This document shows, piece by piece, positions 1 to 12,463 of a stretch of DNA of 24,373 bases; the stretch's first letter is position 1; every line of letters starts with the position of its first letter. The stretch spans positions 1 through 24,373 of the forward strand of contig NW_021836423.1 in assembly GCF_006345805.1 (NCBI RefSeq), read 5' to 3'. Source of the stretch: Octopus sinensis. Taxonomy: Eukaryota. The position numbers and the translations under genes are program-made. A model generated the notes under the pieces. It saw only the letters and a program-made list of their open reading frames with translations, ran no database searches and had not been told where the DNA came from.

Positions 1-175
1 TGTGTGGTGTTTGTTGGTGTGGTGGTGGTGTTGATGGTGGTGGTGGTGAAGGTGGTGATGGTGGTGAAGGTGGTGTTGGTGGTGGTGGTGATGACGGTTT
101 TGGTGGTAGTGATAGTTTAGTGTGGTTGTGATGGTGGTGATGTTGGTGGTATGGTGGGGTATCGGGTTGTGGCCG
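1..175. repeat. Imperfect (GGT/GAT)n trinucleotide low-complexity tract
   Basis: Direct reading: ggtggtggtg/gatggtggt repeats. Confidence 0.85.
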
Positions 176-279
176 TGATGGTTAAAGGTCTCACGATAAC
201 GATGGCAAAACACACCGTCACCATGGCCACGGCCGCGCGCAAGAATAATAATCATGATGTTGACGACGATGCTGCTGCT

Positions 280-398
280 GAGGAGGAAACAGGAGAGAAG
301 GAGGAGTAGAGAAAGAAAAGCAGGAAGCAGAAGGAGGAGTGGAAGAGGAGGAGGAGGAGGAGGAGGAGGAGGAGGAGGAGGTGGGGGAGGAGGAGGAA
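280..398. repeat. (GGA)n polypurine tract
   Basis: Near-pure gaggaggag run; source of the spurious poly-G/poly-L ORFs at 252-445. Confidence 0.9.
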
Positions 399-632
399 AG
401 CAGACGATAATGATAACAATAGGAAATAATTCAACGGACAGTTAAATTAAAAAATACAATTACAATTATAAAAAATTTAATGATAATGTCATTAGTGATT
501 AGAAATAATGAAAGTGATGATATTAATAAAACAATATAGGTCAGGAGTGAGTAGACCTCTCTGCACTGTGAGTTCAAATCCAGCCAAGGTCAAATTTGTT
601 TTTTAATCTACCCTCGTGGTCTTCCCATCAAG

Positions 633-905
633 ATGATGGTGGTTATGGCGACGGTGATAATGTTGTTGTTGTTGTTGTTGTTGTTGGTAGTGGTGGTGGT
701 AATGGTGGTGGTGGAAATGGTGGTGATTGTGGGTGTGATGGTGGAGGTGGTGGTGGTGGTATTAGAGTTGTTGTTAGTGGTAGTGGTGGTTGTGCTGGTA
801 GTGGTGGCTGTGGTGATGATGGTGGTGGTGGTGGTGGTGGTGGTGGTGGTGGTGGTGGTGGTGGTAGTAGTCGTGGTGGTGATGGTGCTGATGGTGGTGG
901 TGCTG
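633..905. repeat. (TGT)n/(GGT)n compound trinucleotide repeat
   Basis: Direct reading; explains the poly-V/G/P ORFs at 596-961. Confidence 0.9.
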
Positions 906-2607
906 GTACTGGGCCTGGTACCAACTTCAGGTTGGGTGTAACTCTAAGCATGTTGGAGTAGATGTCTTGCGATATTTGTTCTGGGTCTATGTGTTCTTAG
1001 TTCAAATTATATTTACCTGGTTTACATGGGTGGTAGACATAATTCATCGCCATTTTTAAGGACCACTACCTGCTGCCTTGATTGCGTTTAGCGGAATACA
1101 CTTTGTTATGCGTAGTCAGGCAGTAAACAGAAAATATATTGAGTAGGTGCAGTCGTAAATGTTTAGAACACTAGCGCTGCTTTCTATTCCTGACTTCGAC
1201 TGAACGCGAATTGCTTCTCTTGACTACGACATTTGACACCTCGCCTTATACGGGAGTCATCCCCAAGTGCTCTTACGTAGCCAACCGGCGAACAAACAAT
1301 AAACAATGGTATACTTCCTTCCCTCTCGTCAGTCACTGAAGCCCTGTAGCAAGTCACAGGAACCGCCTGCATTATGCGGCTTCATGGCTCGTTTTCGCTA
1401 CCGTTACCCAACACTCAGCTAAATTACTGAAATGTGACAACTCATTATCTACCAACACCATGTTCTTTAAATGGAGCTTGAAGAAGTGGATAAGGTGCTT
1501 GACCGAAGAGAAACGTGTTTCTTTTTAATTTTTCGATATTGACTACCATTCGTTCCTTTCCATCTTGTTTATTATTCAGTCTTTTGGCCAAACTCACTAG
1601 AGAGGGAAATTTCTTGCGATTCCCAGCAATTATTGAATAACAATGTTATAGTCCAGCATGCATCTCAGACAATCTCAGTCCTAAGCGTTACTGTGTTTAT
1701 AAAGTTTATCCCGAATCGATAAATCTCCCTGTAGCACTGCTACGACACTAAATTACGGAAGCCATCTAAAGTCCTTCGGAATGGGCAATTCGGTTGATCT
1801 ACATCGACCAATACTGCTTCACAGAGTACATCATCGATCTTGCTCACCAATAACTCTCCGTTGTATCCAAAGTTTGATGTAACAGCGACCTGTTTACCCA
1901 CCCAAAGTATGAGAATCTCATAACATTCCAGATGCTCGGCTAACAAATTATGCTTCACATAATAGCAATTTCGTCAATGTAACTAGTTGTGGAAAGGTGT
2001 GGTGTACTTATGGCAACAGCATCTGCTTTCTGTTATCGTTATCAAAGAATCTCTGAAGATATGTCAGTTTCTGCCCTTGCCTGAATATTCCGAGTCGTTT
2101 TATAGCCGATGAAACTCTTAACCTTTCCGTTTCACAAAAAGCTAAAGACCACACATTTCAATATCGTCATTTGTTTTCTAGCACAAGAGACAACGATCAG
2201 ACAGTTATACATCATTGGAATTCTACATTTAGTTGCCCTTTTAGGAGCAATCTCCGTTCTGCTTATTTCCGAGTGAAACTAATTACTCTGCACTCGACTT
2301 CATCCTAGGTTGCTATATATATTTTTTCTATATAATGATCTGTACTGAACTAGGTATTCAAACCGCTTACCCGGTTCTTCAGTCCAGAGATGGAATCCGC
2401 CAAATCTCATGAGCCTGCCTCGTCAGGAGCTGATGTGTCAAGCTACCAACTCCTTCTTGTTAATCCATACATCCGCTACCACCTTTAGTCTCCTAGAATG
2501 GTAACATAACAGACGAGAAAAGAGATATGTCCTTGGCTGATTGAGCGTTATGTGAAAAGGTTCCCATAAGTGACAGTTTAGTTTGACAACTGAATTGTCA
2601 CCGGTGT

Positions 2608-2669
2608 ACATTATAGCAATCCGACCAGAGGTTAGGACATTATAGCAATCCAACCTGAGGCTAGGACAT
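2608..2669. repeat. 29-bp tandem duplication (2 copies plus ACAT)
   Basis: acattatagcaatccgaccagaggttagg followed by acattatagcaatccaacctgaggctagg. Confidence 0.9.
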
Positions 2670-2901
2670 AAATCATTTGTTCTTAGGATAATTGCTAGAT
2701 AGCGCTGATTGACCTTTCACACGTATAAATACATCTAAATTGAATAGAACCGGATATAGCACCAGTCTGCTTATCGATGTATCACATGAGTTGAAGAATG
2801 TTTGTGGATAAAACAAAAAATCATCTGCTTTGTTTTCACAACTCAAACTGACTTATCTTTGAAAAGTGTCAAAACGCAGAAGAACAGTTTAAAGTGGATG
2901 T

Positions 2902-2988
2902 CAAATAATCCACCTCACAATGCTTTCGCCAACTCGAGACTATAGAAGGTAACTCTAGCCCAAGGTACCATGCAGTGAGACTGAACCC
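2902..2988 (-). mobile_element. Decayed fragment of SINE family A (5' part)
   Basis: ctcacaatgctttcg...ctatagaag...cccaaggtaccatgcagtgagactgaaccc matches the reverse complement of the family A head seen at 12464. Confidence 0.7.
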
Positions 2989-3127
2989 AAGGCAATATAC
3001 GTACTCTTTTCACTAATACCACGATTAAAATTATGGATGCATATGAAACTTTTCTTTTCATGCGCTTTTCTTAATAAAAGAAAATTAGTTCAAATTTTTG
3101 CCAATAGAGATGCCCTAGGAAGGAGAT

Positions 3128-3246
3128 CAAGTCGATTACATCGACCCCAGTGCGTAACTGTTACTTATTTAATCGACCCCGAATGAATAAAAGGTTAAGT
3201 CGACCTCAGCGCATTTGAACTCAGAACTTGGCGACGGGCAAAATAC
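3128..3246 (-). mobile_element. SINE family B, partial older copy
   Basis: gtcgattacatcgaccccagtgcgtaactg...gtcgacctc...atttgaactcagaac is homologous to the adjacent full copy. Confidence 0.85.
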
Positions 3247-3478
3247 CTATTTTTTTACTACCCACAAGGGTAAAACACAGAGAGGACAAACAAGGACAGA
3301 CAAACAGATTAAGTCGATTACATCGACCCCCGTGCGTAACTGGTACTTAATTTATCGACCCCGAAAGGATGAAAGGCAAAGTCGACCTCGGCGGAATTTG
3401 AACTCTGAACGTAGCGGTAGACGAAATACCACAAAGCATTTCGCCCGGCGTGCTAACGTTTCTGCCAGCTCGCCGCCT
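3247..3478 (-). mobile_element. SINE family B, full length (tRNA-derived head; central block resembles the Deu/Nin SINE domain)
   Basis: Minus strand reads ggcggcgagctggcagaaacgttagcac...gagttcaaattcc (B-box-like)...gcctttcatcctttcggggtcgataaattaagtacc; near-identical to 11114-11335. The domain name is from memory. Confidence 0.9.
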
Positions 3479-3560
3479 TATTGATAAAAGAAAATAATGC
3501 AGTAAAGCAATATTATGTTTGAATTATTAGTTTATATGTCAATAAATATCAATACATTAA

Positions 3561-3776
3561 GATGACGAGCTGGCAGAATCGTTAGCACGAGGAGCGAAAT
3601 GTTTAACGATATTTCGTTTGTCTTTACGTTCTGAGTTCAAATTCCGCCAAGGTCGACTTTGCCTTTCATCCTTTCGGGGTCGACAAATTAAATACCGGTT
3701 GTGTACTGGGATCAATCTAAACAACTACCCCCCCTCCTCAAAAATTTCGGGCCTTGTGCCTAGAGTAGTAAAGAAT
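3561..3776 (+). mobile_element. SINE family B variant with a different 3' tail
   Basis: Same head and core as 3247-3478 but ends ...aaaatttcgggccttgtgcctagagtagtaaagaat. Confidence 0.85.
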
Positions 3777-3936
3777 ATATATCAATATATGTTATACATG
3801 ATGAAATAATAAAATTTATATATCGGTTCTAGTAGATTATCTCCCCATGTAGTAGCATTGTAACACTGTGGTATACACAGCATTATGAGATTGTTAAGAC
3901 AAATGGAAACTCAAAGCATTGGCATGTGTCGATTGT

Positions 3937-4380
3937 AGACGCAGGCATAGCTGTGGTTAGTAGCTTGCTTCTCAACAGCATGGTTCTCAGGCTTAGTCTC
4001 ACAGCGTGGCAACATGAGTTTCTTTTGATATAGCCTCGAGCCGAACGAAGCCTTATAAGTAGATTTGGTAAACGAAAACTGAAAGAAGCCCACTGTATAT
4101 ATATATATATATATATATATGAATGTATATTTGTATATATATATATGTATATATATATGTGTGTGTGTGTGACTGTGTTCTCCACCACCATTTGACAACC
4201 GATGTTGATGTGTTTACGTCCCTGTAACTTAGCGGTTCGGCAAAAGAACCGACAGAATGTTATTAAGCTTAAAAGAGATAAGTCATGGGGGGGGTCGATC
4301 TATCCGACTAAAAATTCTTCAAGACGTTGCCCCAGCATGGCCACAGACAAATGTTTGAAACAAGTGAAAAGGTAAAAAGA
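3937..4380 (+). mobile_element. SINE family A, diverged full-length copy with internal (TA)/(TG) tract
   Basis: Head, then gaaaactgaaagaagccc, microsatellite, ttgacaaccgatg...cttagcggttcggcaaaag, and tail tgaaacaagt. Confidence 0.85.
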
Positions 4381-5048
4381 ACGATGTTCATTACATTATC
4401 CAGAGCAGCCTATTATTTTTGGGCTCTTACGGTAATCCTTTCGATTGGGTGTATACTGCTGTTACCATTCTAAACATTAAGTGGAACCAGTCACCGGTTT
4501 TCTGAATACGTTTTATGATTTCGATTCCCTGTTGCAGGCACTGAACTTGCACAGTTAATGCACTTCACAGAGCGAGAACGACATGAAATATCTCCATTTA
4601 ATCATGCGTAGTGGTTATCGTAATATAGAGACCATTGGTTGATTTATAGTCCAAATCGCCCTAATTCATTTCGTTTATGGTGTTAGATCGTTGGGCAAGT
4701 ATATATCACCATCTAGCATCATAAATTCTCATGTAATCTTCGAAAAATCCGTTGCGTAAAATATGCAATGTGAGTTTTCTGTTCTTCCAAGTACAGTGAG
4801 AATTTGAATTGTAAATCAACGACGAATAAGTTGAACTATGTTTGATAAGCATGTTCTCTTATTCTAATACATAATCGGATGAAATATTCGTGGAAATATC
4901 GATTTTAAAATATAGTTAATAAATTAAGGCAAAAATTTAATTTTCATTATATATGCCATCAAAATTGTTCATGTGTTTTCTCCTATTCGGTAATATAACT
5001 AGTAATATTTGTAATAAATTACGTTACTTTATGAGAGAGATGGATTAG

Positions 5049-5080
5049 CAAAATGGCCAAATGTCAGACAAAATGGCGGC
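5049..5080 (+). promoter_or_regulatory. Two YY1/Pho-like motifs (CAAAATGGCC; CAAAATGGCGGC)
   Basis: Matches to the known YY1 consensus AAAATGGCGGC, 20 bp apart; motif match only. Confidence 0.3.
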
Positions 5081-5212
5081 AATGGAATAGAATCAGTAGA
5101 GCAGGAAAGAACATGTGCGTTACTTAATTATTTCGTTTCGTATTCAGGCTTCGAATCTTGCTAATGGTCAATTTTGACTTTAATACTATAACCTCGCTTT
5201 CACTTCCTCCTA

Positions 5213-5267
5213 CACAAACACACACGCGTACGTACACACACACACACACACACCCTCACACCACACA

Positions 5268-5299
<32 letters not shown>

Positions 5300-5376
5300 T
5301 ATAATATATATATATAATATATTATATATATATTCTCATACACAGACGCACACACAAACACATATACACACACACA
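5213..5376. repeat. (CA)n/(TA)n compound microsatellite
   Basis: Direct reading. Confidence 0.9.
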
Positions 5377-5850
5377 GATGTCGGAACTTGAGTTTATGTT
5401 GGAAATCATATATAAAAGGAATTATGTTTCTATATGAACTACTTGTGAGAAATCATATCATTTCATCTATCGTGTAACTGATTTCGTTTGCCGCATGACT
5501 CATAGATTTGCCAAAGTATGGGAAATGCTCTAAATACAACACAAAACACATTCTTAATAATCAAAATAATTTTCAAACCAAAAGGCAAACATTTAACAAA
5601 GCAGAAATCTAATTTTTCATTTCGTTTATTAATCGTTGATAACAACAACAAAAAAACTGAACTACGCAGCTTTAGATGTTTCTAAAGCAATGAATCACGG
5701 AAATGTGGTAGAACAGTAGCATCGAAAATGGTGGTCGTTGAATATGATGGGTTGTAAAGAACGTTTGTGCTATATATTATTAATGAGATAGGCAGGCACA
5801 TAAATGTTTACACAGCGTAAAGTAACTTGGTAAATATAACGCTCTTTAAG

Positions 5851-5966
5851 CGAACAACAATCTTCGCTTTTGAGTGAATGGAAACAATTCGTAAATGGGT
5901 ACGAATATAATTTGACTGGAACAAATTTACAACCAAATAATGATGTTCTTGATAGAAAATTCAAAG
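5851..5966 (+). CDS. Candidate internal coding exon (EQQSSLLSEWKQFVNGYEYNLTGTNLQPNNDVLDRKFK), product unknown
   Basis: Acceptor ctctttaag| at 5850, strong donor AAG|GTAAGA at 5967, open frame with non-repetitive composition; no recognisable homology. Confidence 0.25.
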
Positions 5967-6480
5967 GTAAGAACTATGGGAAATTAATTGAAGTCATAAG
6001 TCTAATTAAGCAATATTACGCTGTTTATAGGAGCAAACCGGATCTTTTAAGAAGAGAAAGTCTTACGCCGTGATAGCATACTCAAAGTGGCTACGACATG
6101 AAACACAACGAAATAAATAGATTCCTATAAACATAATCCATGTAATAGGAACAATAAATCGAAATCAACATAACAACGTAACATTACATAGTTAATGGCC
6201 TTAGCTGTAACTTCGTATATGTAACAGCAAATAAACCATAATGCATATTATCTAAAAAGGAATACGTAACTACGGCTATGTTGGCAGGTGTATGATATTA
6301 ACGGCTTTGTTTTATTTTATCAATGTATACAAATTACCCCAACGGGCAGCTATAAAAAAAAAACAACCAAAAGGCACGAAATTCCTTCATCAATGCATAC
6401 CATTTATTTTCACGCGCGAATATGTATACGCTTCCATATAAATGAAATTGTACAGGGTGTGAATAAAGAAATGAGCATAC

Positions 6481-6858
6481 ATATGTGTGTGTCTATGTAT
6501 GTATGTATGTATGTATGTATGTATGTGTGTATAAATGTATGTATGTATATATGTATGTAAGTATATATGTATGTGTATGTATGTATGTATGTATGTATGT
6601 ATGTATGCATGTATGTATGTATGTATGTATGTATGTATGTATGTATGTATGCATGTATGTATGTATGTTTGTATGTATGTGGGTGTGTATGTATATATGT
6701 AAGTATGTATGTATGTGTGTTTATGTATGTATGTATGTGTGTGTATGTATGTATGTATGTATGTATGTATGTATGTGTGTGTATGTATGTATGTATGTAT
6801 GTGTGTGTATGTATGTATTTATGTGTGCGTGTATGTATGTATATGTGTATGTATGTGT

Positions 6859-6890
<32 letters not shown>
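6481..6890. repeat. (TATG)n/(TG)n microsatellite
   Basis: Direct reading; source of the MYVC-type ORFs. Confidence 0.95.
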
Positions 6891-7334
6891 ACATAGATTA
6901 ATCAGCCGAAATTGCGAGGATGATCCGGTTCTTGACTGAAGATTGAAGGCTTCGAATGTCCCGTCCGTGTTTTTTGTATCGTCTTCTAAATGTTTTGCGT
7001 TCTTGTCCCAGGTTGTATTTTTTTACATATATATATATATATTGGAAGGTTTGGAGGTGATGTACAGGTATTTTATATTAGAAGAAATGAGGGACTCAGA
7101 AATTCGGATGGTTTTATATTTACAGATATTTATTTGTATATTTCATTTTTTATACACCATATAACTTAGATCATGTAATAGCGCTTTCTCCTATTCTAGT
7201 GGGGTCTTCAAATCAAACTAAGTTCCTGTGTGAAACGTTTTTACCATTTTATAGTGGTATTGAGTTTGTAGTGGTGGGGAGGGATATATATATATGTGTG
7301 TGTGTGTCTGTATGAATAATATATATATATATAT

Positions 7335-7527
7335 ACGCGCAGGAGTGGGTGTGTGGTAAGAAGCTTGCTTCCCAACCACATGGTTCCGGGTTCAGTTCCA
7401 CTGCGTGCCAACTTGGGCAAATGTCTTTTACTATAGCCCCAGGACAACCAAAGCCTTGTGAGTGGATTTGATAGACGGAAACTGAAAGAAGCCCATCGTA
7501 TGTATGCATGTATATATATATGTGTGT

Positions 7528-7579
<52 letters not shown>

Positions 7580-7815
7580 ATGTCTGTCTGTATGTCTGTC
7601 TAGGTGTATGTGTTTGTATGTCTGTGTTTGACCCCCTCCTACCATCACTTGACAACCGATGTTGGTGTATTTACGTCGCCGTAACTTAGCGGTTCTGAAA
7701 AGAGTCTGATAAAATAAGTACTAGGCTTACAAAGAATAAGTTCTGGGGCCGATTTGTTCGGGTAGAGGCGGTGCTCCAGCATGGACAGTCATATGATTGA
7801 AACGAGTAATAGAAT
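7335..7815 (+). mobile_element. SINE family A, full length
   Basis: gcgcaggagtgggtgtgtggtaag...ggttccgggttcagttcc...central (TG)n...ctccagcatgg...tgaaacgagtaatagaat. Confidence 0.9.
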
Positions 7816-7820
7816 ATATG

Positions 7821-8035
7821 TGTGCGTGTCCCCCTAGCATTGCTTGACAACCGATGCTGGTGTGTTTATGTCCCCGTCACTTAGCGGTTCGGCAAAAGTG
7901 ACCGATAGAATAAGTACTGGACTTACAAAAGAATAAGTCCCGGGGTCGAGTTGCTCGATTAAAAGCGGTACTCCAGCATGGCCGCAGTCAAATAACTGAA
8001 ACAAGTATAAAAGAGTAAAAGAGTAAAAGAGTAAA
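7821..8035 (+). mobile_element. SINE family A, 3' half only (5'-truncated), with (AAGAGTA)n tail
   Basis: Starts after the microsatellite position and ends aagagtaaaagagtaaaagagtaaa. Confidence 0.9.
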
Positions 8036-8438
8036 TAGCATGTAAAAAAAACAACAACAATGAATTATGAAAAACTGAAATGTAACAGGAAACAATAATA
8101 CAAATTATATGAAATATCATGTATGATATAAAGCAAATTAATTACGGTTGTGTAACCACGGAACATCAGAAAGTGTTAAAATTCTGGTTCTTCATCTCGT
8201 CATAATTTTCACTAATTTTAGACTTATATTTTGTAAATATTAATACACATGATTTGGAAATAAGTGACTTCTTTCTATGCTGGGCAAACCGTTATTTCTT
8301 ATTTTTTTCCTTTTATTTTACAACGATTATCGTTAATTTTTTTTTAAATATCCTACATAATATATTATATTTTATATCAATTTTTCATTCTCTAAACATT
8401 TGCATTTCAGCAAGTGAAAAGGAGAAGAGTAAGTAAGG

Positions 8439-8480
<42 letters not shown>

Positions 8481-8520
8481 GACAGATAGACAGACAGACA
8501 GACAGAGAGGGAGAGAAATA
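8439..8520. repeat. (GA)n/(GACA)n microsatellite
   Basis: Direct reading. Confidence 0.9.
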
Positions 8521-8649
8521 GAGGGGTCCGTATGAAATTTTAAGAATAAGTTAGAGAGAAACGTGATGAGAAAGACGAATAATGGAGACAGAATTTCACT
8601 AAGAAAAAGTGAGTGATCTGTTTATATATGTCAGTGTGTGGTGTATGTT

Positions 8650-8684
<35 letters not shown>

Positions 8685-8900
8685 ATATATATATGTGTGT
8701 GTAAGTGTAAGTGTAAGGGTGTGTTTGTGAGTGTATTGTTTTGCATCAATGGAAATAACTTTAAACAAATATAGATTAATATAATGTTATCTGGTGTAGA
8801 CTAACAAAATTAGAAACAACTTGAGGCATATGCATTAAAATGTTTATTTCAAATATATACGCAGGTACATACATTCGTACATCATATGCACATGCACACA

Positions 8901-8932
<32 letters not shown>

Positions 8933-8982
8933 TACATACCCAGGTACATATATATATATATAAGTACGTATGTATGCATATG

Positions 8983-9022
8983 TGGCCGCAGTCAAATGAC
9001 TGAAACTAGTAAATAGATAGAA
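8983..9022 (+). mobile_element. Terminal ~40 bp of SINE family A (extreme 5' truncation)
   Basis: tggccgcagtcaaatgactgaaactagtaaa matches the family A 3' end. Confidence 0.75.
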
Positions 9023-9053
9023 TACAAGAATACATATGTATACACATATAGTT

Positions 9054-9221
9054 ATACACAATCACACAATTAAATGTATATATATATATATTTATACACA
9101 ACCACACAAATATAAATGTGTATATATATATATATAATATATATATATAGATATATATCACATATATATCATATATATATACATATATTTATACACAACC
9201 ACACAAATATAAATGTATATA

Positions 9222-9264
<43 letters not shown>

Positions 9265-9428
9265 CATATATTTATATATATATATATATACATATATTTA
9301 CAACGACCCACAAATATAAATGTATATATATATAGTATATATATATACATACAAATATATATACATATAAATATATATATATAATATATTTTATACCAAC
9401 CACACAAATATAAATGTATATATATATA

Positions 9429-9484
<56 letters not shown>
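9054..9484. repeat. Compound minisatellite: ~27-bp core ATACACAACCACACAAATATAAATGTA x5 separated by variable (TA)n
   Basis: Cores start near 9054, 9094, 9191, 9300 and 9393. Confidence 0.85.
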
Positions 9485-9486
<2 letters not shown>

Positions 9487-9650
9487 CAGCACAACTGTTT
9501 GAATGATGGAGAAATGCTTTAAACAATCTTTGCTTGTCTTTTCTCTCAAAGCAAACGGGTGAAAAATAATCTAACGGTATGGAATACATTGCCTGCAGCC
9601 CTAGTTTTTAACATATCACAGGATTATTAATATGTATTAGAGTGTAAATT

Positions 9651-10010
9651 TATATGTATGTATGTTTCTATGTATGTATGTATGCACGTACGTATGTATG
9701 TATGTATGTATGTATGTATGTATGTATGTATGTATGTATGTATGTATGTATGCTTGTATGTATGTATGCATGTAGGTTTATATATATGTTTATATGTTTG
9801 TATGTATGTACGTATGTACGCATGTTTGTATGTATGTATGTATGTGTGTGTCTGTATGTATGCCTGTATGTACTATGTACGGAGGTATGTATGTATTTAT
9901 ATATGTATGTATATGTATGTATATTTGTGTGTATGCATGCATGTGTATATGTGTGTGTATGTACGTATATGTGTTTATGGATGTGTATGTATATATGTAT
10001 GTGTGCGTAT
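9651..10010. repeat. (TATG)n microsatellite
   Basis: Direct reading. Confidence 0.95.
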
Positions 10011-10117
10011 GTGCTAAAACGCTTAGCAGCATATTGTTAATAATATAAATATATATAGATATATTTCTTTCTTTCAATTTGTTTTATTATAACTGACTAT
10101 ATCTACAACTGCTTGGG

Positions 10118-10620
<503 letters not shown>

Positions 10621-10635
10621 ATAATAATAGTTATG

Positions 10636-10687
<52 letters not shown>

Positions 10688-10775
10688 TAATAACGATAAT
10701 AACGATAATAATAATAATATAATAATAAATAATAATAATAATAAAATAACAACAATAATAATAATAATAATAATA

Positions 10776-10808
<33 letters not shown>

Positions 10809-10809
10809 C

Positions 10810-10852
<43 letters not shown>

Positions 10853-10885
10853 CACACACCCAGGCAAACAGACAGACAGACAGAG
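10621..10885. repeat. (TAA)n followed by (GATA)n/(GACA)n
   Basis: Direct reading. Confidence 0.9.
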
Positions 10886-11053
10886 AGTTCATATGATATG
10901 TCTAAATTGTGTGTTTTAATGCAATACACATTGGATTAATATATATTTGATAAACTTTCAGTAAACAAACATACGTATGCACATTTGTGCATACATACGT
11001 ACGATACATTCATAGACGAATGCGCCACATGATCGTCTGGCCATTATCATAGG

Positions 11054-11112
<59 letters not shown>

Positions 11113-11113
11113 C

Positions 11114-11335
11114 CCATTTCTTTACTACCCACAAGGGGCTAAACACAGAGAAGAGACAAACGGATTGAGTCGATTATATCGACCCCAGTGCGTAACTGGT
11201 AGTTATTTAATCGACCCCGAAAGGATGAAAGGCAAAGTCGACCTCGGCGGAATTTGAACTCAGAACGTAGCGGCAGACGAAATGTTGCTAAACATTTCAC
11301 CCGGCGTGCTAACGATTCTGCTAGCTCGCCGCCTT
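11114..11335 (-). mobile_element. SINE family B, full length, next to (TA)n at 11058-11110
   Basis: Near-identical to 3247-3478. Confidence 0.9.
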
Positions 11336-11655
11336 GCTACCTCGCCACCAAAACATTCATACATACAACATGAGGTTTGACATACATTCAACTCTCTGAA
11401 ACTTAGAGGCACAGATTTCCATCAGAGATTTCTTATTTTAAAACCTGAATAATATCAACTTCAACAACAACACAAACAACAACGAAATAATGATCATCTG
11501 TCTTATTAATTCAAAGAATGACATCTTAATTAGTTGCGTAACATTTAAACCAATAAGATTTTCCGATAGCTATGAAATCAATATTAATTTAGTTGCTATT
11601 AATTTAAGACACTTAGTCGTTGGGCTATTGTTCCTGGTATGAGTGCATTTTATTT

Positions 11656-12073
11656 ACTCTTTTACTCTTTTAATCTTTTACTTGTTTCAGTCATTTGACT
11701 GCGGCCATGCTGGAGCACCGCCTTTTAGTCGAGCAAATCGACCCCGGGACTTATTCTTTTGTAAGCCCAGTACTTATTCTATCGGTCTCTTTTGCCGAAC
11801 CGCTAGGTCACGGGGACGTAAACACACCAGCATCGGTTGTTAAGCAATGCTAGGGGGACAAACACAGACACACAAACACACACACACACATATATATACA
11901 TATATATATACGACGGGCTTCTTTCAGTTTCCGTCTACCAAATTCACTCACAAGGCATTGGTCAGCCCGGGGCTATAGCAGAAGACACTTGCCCAAGATG
12001 CCACGCAGTGGGACTGAACCCGGAACCATGTGGTTGGTAAGCAAGCTACTTACCACACAGCCACTCCTGCCCC
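11656..12073 (-). mobile_element. SINE family A, full length, with 18-bp target-site duplication
   Basis: TATGAGTGCATTTTATTT at 11638-11655 and 12074-12091. Confidence 0.95.
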
Positions 12074-12463
12074 TATGAGTGCATTTTATTTGGTTTGCTT
12101 CATGTTTGATTTTTTCGGGATAGAGGTGGAGCGGTCTTATTTTCTGTTGCTTTTCTCATACGTTTGTGCTCAAACATTTTTTTTTTGGTCTCGTCGTAAT
12201 ATTGTTGTTCTTGTTCCTGCTGCTACTGCTGTTGCTGCTGCTGCTCTTGGACGTTGTGTCTTATTTTGTTTTAATTCAATTTTATAGGTGAATTATTCCT
12301 TATTTGTTTATATTCCTCATAATTTTTTTTGTTTGTTTGTTTACCTAGTCAAAGATGTTCCATATTCCATTTCGCGGCAATATCCTCCCTATGTATACAT
12401 ACATGCATGAACTCGAGCGCACACACACACATATGGATACGTATTATATATATATATATATAT

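Noticed and set aside
1184-1372. RIRRGVK peptide resembling the RT motif RGVxQG
   Set aside because: No following QG/LSP residues and no other RT motifs found nearby
2341-2400. Minus-strand CUGAAGA plus hairpin plus ggtttgaatacc (hammerhead- or tRNA-Phe-like)
   Set aside because: No GAAA or stem III, and no D-arm or acceptor stem can be built
5103-5117. aggaaagaacatgtg resembling pUC origin sequence
   Set aside because: The match is short and does not extend; chance, not vector contamination
6930-6965. CUGAAGA...UUCGAAUGUC hammerhead-like string
   Set aside because: GAAU instead of GAAA and no stem III or stem I
7241-7689. Recurring ORFs with ASFSFRL/DGLLSVSVYQ/VELNPEPCGW peptides
   Set aside because: Read-through of SINE family A; they recur only because the SINE does
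9054-9484. CRISPR-like repeat-spacer appearance
   Set aside because: Spacers are (TA)n of variable length, there are no cas genes, and the context is eukaryotic
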